Shown piece by piece: positions 1 through 8,544 of a stretch of 28,920 nt of DNA. Location: positions 1 through 28,920 of IMG/VR virus record IMGVR_UViG_3300010361_000031; one strand, written 5' to 3'. This DNA is from a virus. Lineage: Duplodnaviria > Caudoviricetes. Under the pieces are notes generated by a model that had not been told where the DNA came from, did not search any database, and saw only the letters and a list, made by a program, of their open reading frames with translations. A program made the translations under genes and the position numbers. Each line of letters opens with the position of its first letter. The stretch's first letter is position 1.

Positions 1-102
1 CGCGCTCGTCAGTCCGCGATCGATCCCGTAGTCATAGAACCCCTTTGCATTGAGGATGTGATTCCCAAGCAGCTTGGTGAATTCGGGATCGGTCCGTTTC
101 AC
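1..102 (-). CDS. Hypothetical protein, N-terminal part (runs off window)
   Basis: GTG start overlaps the TGA of the methyltransferase (GTGA coupling); frame open to the edge: MKRTDPEFTKLLGNHILNAKGFYDYGIDRG... Confidence 0.45.
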   Translation of the reverse strand, partial: MKRTDPEFTKLLGNHILNAKGFYDYGIDRGLTSA

Positions 103-695
103 TCTGCCGCCTCCTGCATGATCTCCTGAATATCTACCGCCCAACGAATGCGCTGTATGATCGTCGGGCCTCGATGGGCTTTGTCCCACACGAACCACGC
201 ATAAGCTGTCGTCGTCGTGGTGACGCGTTTGCCGCGCCAGCCCTCGCGGTGCATCGGCGGCAGACGATTGGCGAAGACGTAGATTCGTGACAGCTTTTCG
301 AGAATATCGGCGCGGGTAGTGCCTTCGATGAAATTCAGGCGCAGCAGCATTGCGACATAGCGGACATCGAGCGCGAGCGCGTGGCGAACAAACTGCGCAG
401 CAAGCTTGTAGGGCGGATTTGTAACGATGGCCTCAACGTCTCTCGGCTTTCGCGTCGTCCGTAGAAAATCTTTGCCGTGCTCGACGAGATCGCTCGCGAC
501 GGCCTTGAAGCGATAATCCCTCAAAACGCGGACGATGTTGCCGGTGCCGCAGCACGGTTCCCATACGGGAGACGGGATGTAGGCACACTGAATCAGCGCC
601 TCGATCGCCTCTGGCGGCGTCATGTAGCGATCGTGCTTGCGCGCTTTGTTGCTTGATCGGGCGTTGCCCATGCTGACGGTGCGGGCCCGCGACAT
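99..695 (-). CDS. Phage DNA amino-methyltransferase (N6-adenine likely)
   Basis: YMTP N-terminal motif, SAM-binding motif WEPCCGTG, catalytic TNPPY, C-terminal YAWFVW typical of small phage MTases. Confidence 0.85.
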   Translation of the reverse strand: MSRARTVSMGNARSSNKARKHDRYMTPPEAIEALIQCAYIPSPVWEPCCGTGNIVRVLRDYRFKAVASDLVEHGKDFLRTTRKPRDVEAIVTNPPYKLAAQFVRHALALDVRYVAMLLRLNFIEGTTRADILEKLSRIYVFANRLPPMHREGWRGKRVTTTTTAYAWFVWDKAHRGPTIIQRIRWAVDIQEIMQEAAE

Positions 696-710
696 GACGC
701 ACCACGCCGG

Positions 711-1085
711 CTAGTGCGGCAGCGTATCGAGCGCACTCCCTCGGCGACCGCCTCGTTTCGGCTTGGCACTTTCGACTGCGGCGGCACCGAGCGGCGTATC
801 GGCGAACTCTCCCAGCGCCTCGACCATCTCGGCGTGAGCGTCAGCGTCCTCGCTCTCCAGCTCGGCAATGCGCGCGAGCTGCTTGCGGTCGTTGCGATGA
901 CCTTTCAGGAGGACGCGGAACGCCTTCATGTTGACGCCAGCCTCGCGGGCCTCGGTCAGGACCTCGCGAATACTTTCATGCGGCGACTTGCACTCGTTCA
1001 TGTAGGTCCCGCGTAAAGACGCGAGAACGTCGTCCTGCTGGTCAATGCGATCGAGGTAGCCTTTCAGCTCGCTGTTGTCTGGCAT
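711..1085 (-). CDS. gapR: GapR/DUF2312-like nucleoid-associated protein
   Basis: ELKGYLDRID...IREVLTEAREAGVNMKAFRVLL resembles the GapR family pattern; GGGAG RBS before ATG 1085 (shorter than the ORF-track call). Confidence 0.7.
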   Translation of the reverse strand: MPDNSELKGYLDRIDQQDDVLASLRGTYMNECKSPHESIREVLTEAREAGVNMKAFRVLLKGHRNDRKQLARIAELESEDADAHAEMVEALGEFADTPLGAAAVESAKPKRGGRRGSALDTLPH

Positions 1086-1409
1086 TGCAGGAACTCCCTG
1101 GCGCACGGGGGTTTTGGGGAGCCCGATTGTAGCCAACGTGCAATATGAGCCAATGCCGCGCGATGGAACTTTGCCGCTCACGCACTCGTGAACCGGTGTC
1201 TAAGGCAAGACAGAATAATGACAATCGTGCTAAAAACGGTGGCAGAAAAAAATATAGTGCCATTCCGGCAGTACTATCCATAAAAAACTCCCTATCGTGT
1301 GTATTAGTTGGCATTCACGGGAATACACCGGAACCGGACGGAAATAACGGTCAAATAAAAAAATGAAAAATCCCAAATCGCACCTTGTGATAGTGAGCGG
1401 AGCGCCCCT
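1086..1409. promoter_or_regulatory. AT-rich divergent control region
   Basis: Non-coding, A-tract rich, between divergent operons; inverted repeat GTGTATT...AATACAC (1299-1328) and near-palindrome ATAGTGCCATTCCGGCAGTACTAT (1254-1277). Confidence 0.55.
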
Positions 1410-2381
1410 GTGCTCACAGCGACTAGGCACTCTATTACCACGCGAACCGATTGGCTCGCACTGCGCCGTGACTATCTGACGGCGAGCGTCGTCGGCTGCC
1501 TGTTCGATCTTTATCCCTATAAAACACTTGCTGCGATATGGGCCGAAAAGACCGGCGTCTATGTTCCGCCGGAAGGCGAAGACTCGCAGCTCCTGGAGCG
1601 CGGGCGCGAACTTGAGGACGTGGTCGCCAGACTGTTTTCGAAACGCCATCCCGATTGGCAAGTCACCAAGGCCGACGAATTTCTCGCCAGCGATATCCGG
1701 CTCGGCGCGTCGCCGGACTTCTACATAACCGATGATAAGGGCCGCGCCGGCATCTTGCAGACGAAAGTCGTCGGCTCATTTCAATATCGCCGCAACTGGC
1801 TCGACGGGCTGCCGCCTCAATGGATCATCCTTCAGTGCCTGACCGAGAGCATGCTTGCCGACGCCCGGTTCGGCATCGTCGGCGCGCTGGAAATCGGCGA
1901 CTTCAAGTTCGACTTCCATGAGCACCGTATCCCGCGGCATCCCGGCGCCGAGCGCCGCATCATCGAGGCAACGGTTGCGTTCTGGATGGCGGTCGATAGC
2001 GGCCAGATGCCGAAGCCCGACTATCGTCGCGACAAGGCGCTGATCGGCGCGCTCTATCCGCGCGAGAAGGCGGGCAAGGTTCTCGACTGGCGATCTGATA
2101 ACGAAATGCCGGTGCTGCTTTCCCGGCACGAACAGCTTGCCGCCGAAATCAAGGCCCGCGAAGACGAGCTGGAGATTATCGAGGCGCGCGTCAAGGAGCG
2201 CATGCAGGACGCCGAGCGCGCGCTCGTCGATGGTTTTGCAATCACGTACAAACAAATAAAGCGCAAGGCATATACCGTCAAAGAAGCCCATTACAGACAA
2301 TTGCGAATTAATGCGAAAGCGGAGGAGGGGAAGTCCCAAGCCGCTGCCGAGCAAGGCAGCAAAGAGAAGGAAACCTCATGA
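1410..2381 (+). CDS. YqaJ-like viral recombination exonuclease (lambda-exonuclease fold)
   Basis: WLALRRDYLTAS, WAEKTG, RGRELE, GASPD...LQTK motifs and a C-terminal coiled coil. Confidence 0.85.
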   Translation: MLTATRHSITTRTDWLALRRDYLTASVVGCLFDLYPYKTLAAIWAEKTGVYVPPEGEDSQLLERGRELEDVVARLFSKRHPDWQVTKADEFLASDIRLGASPDFYITDDKGRAGILQTKVVGSFQYRRNWLDGLPPQWIILQCLTESMLADARFGIVGALEIGDFKFDFHEHRIPRHPGAERRIIEATVAFWMAVDSGQMPKPDYRRDKALIGALYPREKAGKVLDWRSDNEMPVLLSRHEQLAAEIKAREDELEIIEARVKERMQDAERALVDGFAITYKQIKRKAYTVKEAHYRQLRINAKAEEGKSQAAAEQGSKEKETS

Positions 2382-3277
2382 GCAACATTGTTGAACGCGA
2401 GCGCGAGCTGACGGAATATGAGGCGCCACCCATCGAACGGCCGCAGCCGTCTAATCTGGCAACAACAGGTTTCGCGCCGCCAGCCGAGCGGCCCTTTGGC
2501 GCCCAGCCGGTCGCCGTTCGCCGCGATGAAAGCGATCTGCTTAAGAAGCTGAAAGTTCTGGCGCAGGCAGCTGGCGACGACTGGTTCTACCGTTTTCCAG
2601 TCAAGAAAAAAGTCAAGAACGAAAAGACCGGCCGGGACGAATACGTGACGGCGTTCATTGAAGGGCCGTCGATCAAATGTGCCAACAACGTCGCGCGCCT
2701 CTATGGCAATTGCGATGTCGACTCGCGCGTCTTCGATTTCGGCGACAGCTATATGTTCTATGGCCGGTTCTCTGATCTGGAAACCGGCTATTCCCTGACG
2801 CGGCCGTACCGCCAGCGCAAGAGCCAGAGCACCATGCGGACCAAGGACCCGCAGCGCGCCGAAGACATCGTTTTCCAGATCGGCGCGTCCAAGGCGATCC
2901 GGAACGTCATCTGTAACGCTCTGGAGTTCTTCACTAGTTATGCGGCGGATGAAGCGAAGACCTCGATCATCGAAACGGTGGGCAAGCGGCTCGATTACTA
3001 TCGCGACAAGGTCGTCAAGCGGCTTGCTGAGATGCGAATCGATGTGAAGGCTGTCGAGTCCCTTCGCGGCCGACCCTTCCGGCAGTGGCTCGCGCCCGAC
3101 ATCGCCATGACGATCGCCGAGCTGCAATCGATTCAGGACGGCATGGCCACCGCCGAGGAAACCTACTTCGGCGAGGCGCCGGTCGAGGCTGAGCCTGAAA
3201 GGGCCGCCGAAGAGAAGCCGACCGACGTGGCGGCGACGCTCGACGACTTCGCTGCGCAGCAGCAGAAAGACAAATGA
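2378..3277 (+). CDS. Putative single-strand annealing/recombination partner of the YqaJ-like exonuclease
   Basis: ATGA-coupled to the exonuclease in the slot normally held by RecT/Bet/Erf/Sak; IEGPSIK...ARLYGN block; acidic C-terminal tail. Confidence 0.55.
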   Translation: MSNIVERERELTEYEAPPIERPQPSNLATTGFAPPAERPFGAQPVAVRRDESDLLKKLKVLAQAAGDDWFYRFPVKKKVKNEKTGRDEYVTAFIEGPSIKCANNVARLYGNCDVDSRVFDFGDSYMFYGRFSDLETGYSLTRPYRQRKSQSTMRTKDPQRAEDIVFQIGASKAIRNVICNALEFFTSYAADEAKTSIIETVGKRLDYYRDKVVKRLAEMRIDVKAVESLRGRPFRQWLAPDIAMTIAELQSIQDGMATAEETYFGEAPVEAEPERAAEEKPTDVAATLDDFAAQQQKDK

Positions 3278-3321
3278 AAATTAGGGAAACGTCCAGCGGG
3301 GTTGGATGAAAGAGCACGATT

Positions 3322-3558
3322 ATGATGATGACGAAAGAGACGAACGACGCCACGCGGTCTGGCGCCGAGGAGGAAATATGGATTTCTGCTGACGAAGCGC
3401 GCTCAATGCTTAAGGTCGGCGAATGGAAATTCAGGGAGATTTGCAACAGCGGGAAATTGCCCGTCCATCGAGTCGGCTATCGGACATTGCGCTTTTTGCG
3501 CAGTGACGTACTCGACTACATGAGGGGGCGGTCTGCGCCGAAACGCAATCGCGGCTGA
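3322..3558 (+). CDS. Excisionase-like winged HTH protein (HTH_17/MerR-like)
   Basis: WISADEARSMLKVG...GKLPVHRVGYRTLRFLRSDV pattern. Confidence 0.8.
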   Translation: MMMTKETNDATRSGAEEEIWISADEARSMLKVGEWKFREICNSGKLPVHRVGYRTLRFLRSDVLDYMRGRSAPKRNRG

Positions 3559-3563
3559 ATCAA

Positions 3564-4151
3564 ATGACTAGTCCCTATCCGCTGCAGTGGCCGCAAGGCT
3601 TCCGGCGTACGACGACGCGCGAGCGCGGCGCATTCCGGACCAGCTTCGACACCGCGCTGGCGAATGTCCGCCGGTCGCTGATGCTGTTTGCTCAAGACAG
3701 CGGACGCAAGATCGTCGACCCGATCCTGTCGTCCAACATGAATCCGCTCGGCGGCGAAGAAGTCAAAGACCCGGGCGTCGCCGTCTGGTTTGTTTGGGAC
3801 AACATTCAGGTCTGCATCGCCGTCGATCGCTATGCGACGCCGGCCTCGAACCTCCAGGCCGTCCATCATATTCTGGAGGCGCGGCGCACCGAGCTGCGGC
3901 ACGGCACCTTGCAGCTCGTCCGCGCGACGTTGCAGGGCCTAAGTTTCCTGCCGGCGCCGAAGGGCAAGCACTGGCGCGATATTCTCGGCATCGGGTTAGA
4001 CGCGCAGATTACCAAAGAGGCAATCGAAACGGCCTTCAAGGCGCGTCTCAAGGAGAACGCGCATCCCGACACCGGCGGCGATACAGAAGCCATGTCGGCG
4101 CTGAACGTCGCGCGAAAGACGGCGCTCCAGGAAATCGGCGCAATAGGTTGA
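3564..4151 (+). CDS. Phage DnaJ-domain protein
   Basis: N-terminal YPLQWP motif, DPGVAVWF, C-terminal J domain WRDILG...HPDTGG...LNVAR. Confidence 0.85.
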   Translation: MTSPYPLQWPQGFRRTTTRERGAFRTSFDTALANVRRSLMLFAQDSGRKIVDPILSSNMNPLGGEEVKDPGVAVWFVWDNIQVCIAVDRYATPASNLQAVHHILEARRTELRHGTLQLVRATLQGLSFLPAPKGKHWRDILGIGLDAQITKEAIETAFKARLKENAHPDTGGDTEAMSALNVARKTALQEIGAIG

Positions 4152-4157
4152 CGCGAC

Positions 4158-5039
4158 ATGATGCCATTTCATCCACTCGCCGATTGCTTCCCGCTGATCG
4201 AAGGCGCTGCCTTTGATCTGTTTGTCGCCGATATCAAAAGCAACGGTCTTAAAGAAGCAGTAGTGGTTCTCGATGGTCAGATACTTGATGGCCGCAACCG
4301 CGCCCGCGCCTGCGAGCGATTAGGAATTGATCTGATCAACGTTCAATATGATCCGGCCAACGGTGATCCGCTCGCCTACGTGATTTCGAAAAACCTCCAC
4401 CGCCGCCATCTCAATGAGAGCCAACGGGCGATGGTAGCCGCGCGAATTGCCAAGCTGAAAGTGGGCAATCCGACTTTCGGCAGAACCTCTATTGCGTCAA
4501 ATGAGTCAATTGGGCAACACACGGAAATCTCACAGGAAAAAGCGGCCACAATGCTCAATGTGAGCCGTCCGACGGTGACGCGTGCGGCGCAGATTCTTAA
4601 GCTTGGAAGTCCCGCACAAATCGCAGACGTCGACGTCGGGAAGGCAAGGGTATCCACAATGCACAATAAAGTTAGAGGAATCACAAGACAGCGGCCAACA
4701 CGCGCGCAACGCTATCGGCTCGACAAGGCCAAGATTGCGAAAGAGCGTGTGGATCAGAGGAACGTGGAGCGCGCAGCCATCTGGGGCAAGGTCCGCGGAA
4801 TTTTCGAAAATATGAACCTCGCCGGCCGACCGCGCGATGCCGCACGCATAGTTTGTCAGGTTGGTCGCGCGTTCATGGCCGTCGATAAACACCTACCCGC
4901 AGCAATAACATGGCTTGAGGAGTTTGCAGATGAATGGAACACCATCACAGCTGCCAAAATTAATTCGGGGACCGCACGCGGAGATCATGCCAATGACTCC
5001 CGACATGGCGAGGTCGCTGCTAAGCAGAAACCTCTCTAA
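4158..5039 (+). CDS. ParB/Srx-like N-terminal domain protein with HTH
   Basis: HPLADCFP, ILDGRNRARAC, SKNLHRRHLNESQRAM, then HTH SQEKAATMLNVSRPTVTRA. Confidence 0.8.
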   Translation: MMPFHPLADCFPLIEGAAFDLFVADIKSNGLKEAVVVLDGQILDGRNRARACERLGIDLINVQYDPANGDPLAYVISKNLHRRHLNESQRAMVAARIAKLKVGNPTFGRTSIASNESIGQHTEISQEKAATMLNVSRPTVTRAAQILKLGSPAQIADVDVGKARVSTMHNKVRGITRQRPTRAQRYRLDKAKIAKERVDQRNVERAAIWGKVRGIFENMNLAGRPRDAARIVCQVGRAFMAVDKHLPAAITWLEEFADEWNTITAAKINSGTARGDHANDSRHGEVAAKQKPL

Positions 5040-5799
5040 CCGCCGCATTCGCGACACTCATGTGAACCGCATAACGCGCCTGATTGCTGGCGATCGATGG
5101 CGGTTTAACGGCGACACCATCAAGCTTGACTTTGATGGCAATCTTCAGGACGGCCAGCATCGACTGCTTGCGATCACGAAGGCTGGTCGAACCTGCCTTG
5201 TCGTTGTCGTCTCGGGCGTAGAGCGTTCTGCATTCGGTACGATCGACACTATGCGGTTGCCCCGCAGCTACGGCGATGCCGCCTCACTGCGATTGCGGCC
5301 CGATCATGCGACGGCGGTTAAATATCCGGAAACCATCGGCACCGCGTTGTCCTGGTTGTGCCGTTACGATCGAGGCGTCATCCCGCATATGTCGCATCCG
5401 GAAAGCAGAATCGAAAACGACGAAATCGAGCGCAAGCTTGATGCAGAACCGGGCATCATTAATGCTGTGATGCTTTGCCAGAAAGTGAGAACAATTGCCC
5501 CGGTGTCGCTGATTGCTTTTTTCTATCATCTGTTGACGCGCGACGCTGGCGACACTTCGTTGGCAAGCGAGCTTTTGCGGATTTTGGATACCGGCGACGC
5601 CCCGGTAGATCATCCCTTTGTCAGACTGCGCCATTATTTTCTCGCGCCGGTTCGCAAGAGACGAAGCCCGGTAAATACGATCGCACTCATGATCAAGGCC
5701 GCGAATGCCGCAAAAAAAGGACACAGCGTCGGAATTCTCGGTTGGCACAATTCCGGTCTGAGACCTGAAAAGTTCCCAGTATTGTTTGGGGAGGACTGA
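4930..5799 (+). CDS. ParB-like (DGQHR-type) domain protein
   Basis: GAGGAG RBS then ATG 4930; MTPDMARSLL-NRR...LQDGQHRLLAI motif; overlaps the upstream gene by 110 nt. Confidence 0.75.
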   Translation: MNGTPSQLPKLIRGPHAEIMPMTPDMARSLLSRNLSNRRIRDTHVNRITRLIAGDRWRFNGDTIKLDFDGNLQDGQHRLLAITKAGRTCLVVVVSGVERSAFGTIDTMRLPRSYGDAASLRLRPDHATAVKYPETIGTALSWLCRYDRGVIPHMSHPESRIENDEIERKLDAEPGIINAVMLCQKVRTIAPVSLIAFFYHLLTRDAGDTSLASELLRILDTGDAPVDHPFVRLRHYFLAPVRKRRSPVNTIALMIKAANAAKKGHSVGILGWHNSGLRPEKFPVLFGED

Positions 5800-5803
5800 A
5801 ACT

Positions 5804-6301
5804 ATGAACATGCAACGCTTCACCGAAGACAATGCCCGCAAAATTGGACATGGGCGCGGATGGCGGCTCACCTGTCGCGAGTGCGGAGACAATTGGGCTG
5901 TCATGATCAACGGCAAGGCAGTCCCGTCGCCCAAGGAAGTCTTTAATTCGTTTCGCAATGAAGGCTGGTTTATCGGCCACAATGAATCCACTGATCTCTG
6001 TAGTGACTGCGGGAAGCATGACAAGCCATTGGAGACCGATCATCTTGTTGAACAAATCTGGAGATACTGCGCCTCGCCGCCATCGGATGACGAAATCGCG
6101 TCCGTCAGTGTTGCAATGATCGGTGCGCTTGAACTTTCCATTTTGCGATTTGCTAACTTCGATAAAGTGATCCGCGAACAGCTCTGCGCCGAAATGCTTG
6201 AGCTGATCGAAAAAACCAGATTGGCTTTTTTATTCTCCGGAGCGCCAGTGCCAAAAGGCGAGTTGCAGCGCTGGATCGAGTCGCTGGAAGCGCAATCATG
6301 A
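5804..6301 (+). CDS. Hypothetical Zn-binding protein
   Basis: GGGGAGG RBS; CRECG and CSDCG pairs. Confidence 0.6.
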   Translation: MNMQRFTEDNARKIGHGRGWRLTCRECGDNWAVMINGKAVPSPKEVFNSFRNEGWFIGHNESTDLCSDCGKHDKPLETDHLVEQIWRYCASPPSDDEIASVSVAMIGALELSILRFANFDKVIREQLCAEMLELIEKTRLAFLFSGAPVPKGELQRWIESLEAQS

Positions 6302-6474
6302 CCCATCATTTTATTCTCGCCCTGCAAAAGGAAACAAAGGGCGCTCTCGTTTATCGCGAGGTCGATAAAACGGGGCAGCAACCTACGAGTCTTGGCGCCG
6401 TATACGTACGTAAAACGACGCTTCCAAACAAACCGCGTTCGATAAGCATCACGCTTGAGGAGCACGAAAAGTGA
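6298..6474 (+). CDS. Small hypothetical phage protein (58 aa, not in ORF track)
   Basis: ATGA-coupled; MTHHFILALQKETKGALVYREV...LGAVYVRK. Confidence 0.55.
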   Translation: MTHHFILALQKETKGALVYREVDKTGQQPTSLGAVYVRKTTLPNKPRSISITLEEHEK

Positions 6475-6626
6475 AACGATGGCCCCTCGTTCGACACGTG
6501 CGATGGCTCGTCCTGACGATCGCAGTGAGACGCCACTACAATCATTGGCGCCAGCTCGGCTATCTGCCGGTCAACGCGCAAAGCGACTACGAAGTCCTGG
6601 ACCGCATATGGAGGGGCGACGCGTGA
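6471..6626 (+). CDS. Small hypothetical protein (51 aa, not in ORF track)
   Basis: GAGGAG RBS and GTGA coupling; MKRWPLVRHVRW...LDRIWRGDA. Confidence 0.5.
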   Translation: MKRWPLVRHVRWLVLTIAVRRHYNHWRQLGYLPVNAQSDYEVLDRIWRGDA

Positions 6627-6848
6627 TCAATCGCGCAATTTCTCTCCGGTCCCGAGTCGATAGGCATACTCGGGGGTGCGCTTCACGCGTTTCAGCAAGC
6701 GCAGAAGTATCGCGGTCTGTTGAGGGATGGCGCTTTCGCCAGATGCGAATCGCCGGACCGTACGTTCCTCGACGCCGAGGAACTTTGCCATCAGGGATTG
6801 CGTCAAACCCCAGTCATTACCCAATTTCTTGAATTCGTCGCTTAGCAT
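6627..6848 (-). CDS. XRE-family HTH regulator (73 aa)
   Basis: MLSDEFKKLGNDWGLTQSLMAKFLGVEERTVRRFASGESAIP is a typical XRE/Cro-like HTH; start reassigned to ATG 6848. Confidence 0.75.
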   Translation of the reverse strand: MLSDEFKKLGNDWGLTQSLMAKFLGVEERTVRRFASGESAIPQQTAILLRLLKRVKRTPEYAYRLGTGEKLRD

Positions 6849-6879
6849 GAGGGAACCCAGCGGGTAGGGGAAAAAGCCA

Positions 6880-7092
6880 ATGACCAAGCAGCAAATTATC
6901 GATTTACTGGCCGGGGTCAATGAGGACGAGCCCGTCTTTCTTCTACAGGCGGGGGATAAGCTCGCCGTCGATCTCGTCGAGCTGTGGGCGATTCGCGCCA
7001 GGAAGCTGCAATATCCCAATGGCAAGATTGCCGACGGGTTCGAAACTGCAACGGAGATGCTGCGATGGCAGAGCCACAATTCTCCTGGCTGA
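6880..7092 (+). CDS. Hypothetical phage protein
   Basis: DEPVFLLQAGDKLA motif recalled from small phage proteins; purine-rich RBS. Confidence 0.6.
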   Translation: MTKQQIIDLLAGVNEDEPVFLLQAGDKLAVDLVELWAIRARKLQYPNGKIADGFETATEMLRWQSHNSPG

Positions 7093-7283
7093 CCGCGAGC
7101 GAGGTCGGCGAGGTCGCCACCGCGATCGAAGAATCGTTCCGGCGCGAGCAGCGCGTCTCGCAGCCGGCTGCCGAGTTCTGGAATAAGATCGCGCGAGCCG
7201 CCCTTGAGCGCGTCGAGATCATCCGCGATCGCGGGACGAAAGCGCAAACCGCATCGCGGCGGAGGGGAGCAAAGAATGGCTAA
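7065..7283 (+). CDS. Hypothetical protein (72 aa)
   Basis: GGAG RBS, ATG 7065; overlaps the start of the TnpB-like gene. Confidence 0.5.
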   Translation: MAEPQFSWLTASEVGEVATAIEESFRREQRVSQPAAEFWNKIARAALERVEIIRDRGTKAQTASRRRGAKNG

Positions 7284-8544
7284 GCGCACGCGCCCGGTCG
7301 AAGGTTTTCGGCGTCGATATGTGTGGCGGCTCTATCTTACGAAAGAGCAGGTCGAAATGCTTCGCGAGCAGGCCGGCATGTGCGCCGATCTGTGGAACGC
7401 GTTGCTCGAAATATGCGAGGAACGCTACCGGCGGGCGGTGCAGCGCAACGGCGCATCGGTGAGCTTTCACTGCGCCGCATGCAGCGCGTTGAGCAAGCCC
7501 GGCAAGATCAGGCTTTGCGATGATCACAGACACCCGACCGAATTCGACATGGGATATTGGATCACGGCCATGCTTGCCGAGTGCCCCGAGTGGCGCGCAA
7601 TGTCCACATGGACGCCGCGTCGGGTTGCAACATCGCTAAGCGCAGCATGGGCGGCGTTTTTCCGCCGCGTCAAGGCAGGCGAAAACGCCGGCTACCCGCG
7701 CTATAAATCGCGACGGCGCAATCTGTCGATTCCGCACCGCTGCATCAGCGGGTGCCCGATCAAAAAATCAGATCGTCACGAAAGAAGCTGGGTTATGCGG
7801 TTCAAAGGCGTCCCAGGGAATGTTTGGGCGCGCGGCAGAGTGCCAGCTGCGGTCAATGAATGGACGGACGCCGACATTCGTCTTGGCGAGCACAACACGA
7901 TTTCGATCGCGGTGATTATCGACGGCCGTCGCGCCCCAGTTTTTCGGCCCGTGCCGGTGACGGTGCGATTCGATTTGATAGACGGCTTCGCCATCGTCAA
8001 CAATGAGCGCGTTAACCTGCCTGACCTCGCCAGGGTGAAGTCCCTGGATGATCAGCGCGCCGATATGCAATCACAGTTCGATCGCAAGTGGCCGCGAGGC
8101 CGTCGCTATAACGACGAGGAATGGCGCGAGCGCTGCGAATCCAAAACGGAGATTACGAGGCTGGCAGCTCGCATCGCCCGCATCCGCAACAATGCCCTGC
8201 ACGTGTGGAGCAAGCGCCTCGCCGAGGGTGCAAGCGTGATGACGATCATCAGGCCGCGCGTGAAGGAGAACACCAGAACGCCCCGCGGCGATAAGACAAG
8301 CTATGGTGCGGCCGTCAGCATCGTATCGCAGCTCAATCGCAACACGTTATCCTATGCGCCGGCAATGGCCGCTGCCATGCTGGAATACAAGGCAAAGGAA
8401 TTGGGAATTCGGTGCGAAGTCATCGACGACGACGCGCCGGATATAGCAATCGGCAGCAAGATCGTTGCCGCAGGCAAGGCGCTACGTCGCGCAAGTCGCA
8501 AAAGGAGGAGTCCGCATGACAGTTCCGTCCAAATCACGCGTTAA
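7276..8544 (+). CDS. tnpB: TnpB/Cas12f-like RNA-guided protein, predicted nuclease-dead (422 aa)
   Basis: GGAGGGGAG RBS; N-terminal RRRYVWRLYLTKEQ...DLWNALL (IS605 OrfB HTH), AWAAFF...GYPRYKS, RIRNNALHVWS, LNRNTL...MLEYKAKELG. The RuvC-I GIDxG position reads TVRFD, the RuvC-II E position reads TIIRP, and the Zn-ribbon and RuvC-III are absent. Confidence 0.88.
   Translation: MAKRTRPVEGFRRRYVWRLYLTKEQVEMLREQAGMCADLWNALLEICEERYRRAVQRNGASVSFHCAACSALSKPGKIRLCDDHRHPTEFDMGYWITAMLAECPEWRAMSTWTPRRVATSLSAAWAAFFRRVKAGENAGYPRYKSRRRNLSIPHRCISGCPIKKSDRHERSWVMRFKGVPGNVWARGRVPAAVNEWTDADIRLGEHNTISIAVIIDGRRAPVFRPVPVTVRFDLIDGFAIVNNERVNLPDLARVKSLDDQRADMQSQFDRKWPRGRRYNDEEWRERCESKTEITRLAARIARIRNNALHVWSKRLAEGASVMTIIRPRVKENTRTPRGDKTSYGAAVSIVSQLNRNTLSYAPAMAAAMLEYKAKELGIRCEVIDDDAPDIAIGSKIVAAGKALRRASRKRRSPHDSSVQITR

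Noticed and set aside
1776-3127. Long antisense ORFs (1776-2354, 2291-3127; likewise 5284-6024, 15788-16417, 23749-24441, 27187-27804)
   Set aside because: Shadow frames opposite well-supported genes in high-GC DNA
6549-6571. Self-target of spacer 1 (CGCCAGCTCGGC plus CTGCCGGT match its reverse complement)
   Set aside because: 12+8 nt with an indel in GC-rich DNA. Other spacer-window matches I saw (for example spacer 3 at 11115-11126) are 12 nt or less and compatible with chance; a by-eye search may have missed others
6849-7289. N-terminal extension of the 220-aa ORF 6627-7289
   Set aside because: Only the last 73 aa form an XRE HTH; the extension overlaps two plausible + strand genes
7276-8544. 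Active IS200/IS605 or IS607 transposon
   Set aside because: No tnpA or serine recombinase, no recognisable IS ends, degenerate RuvC, and the gene is coupled into a phage operon
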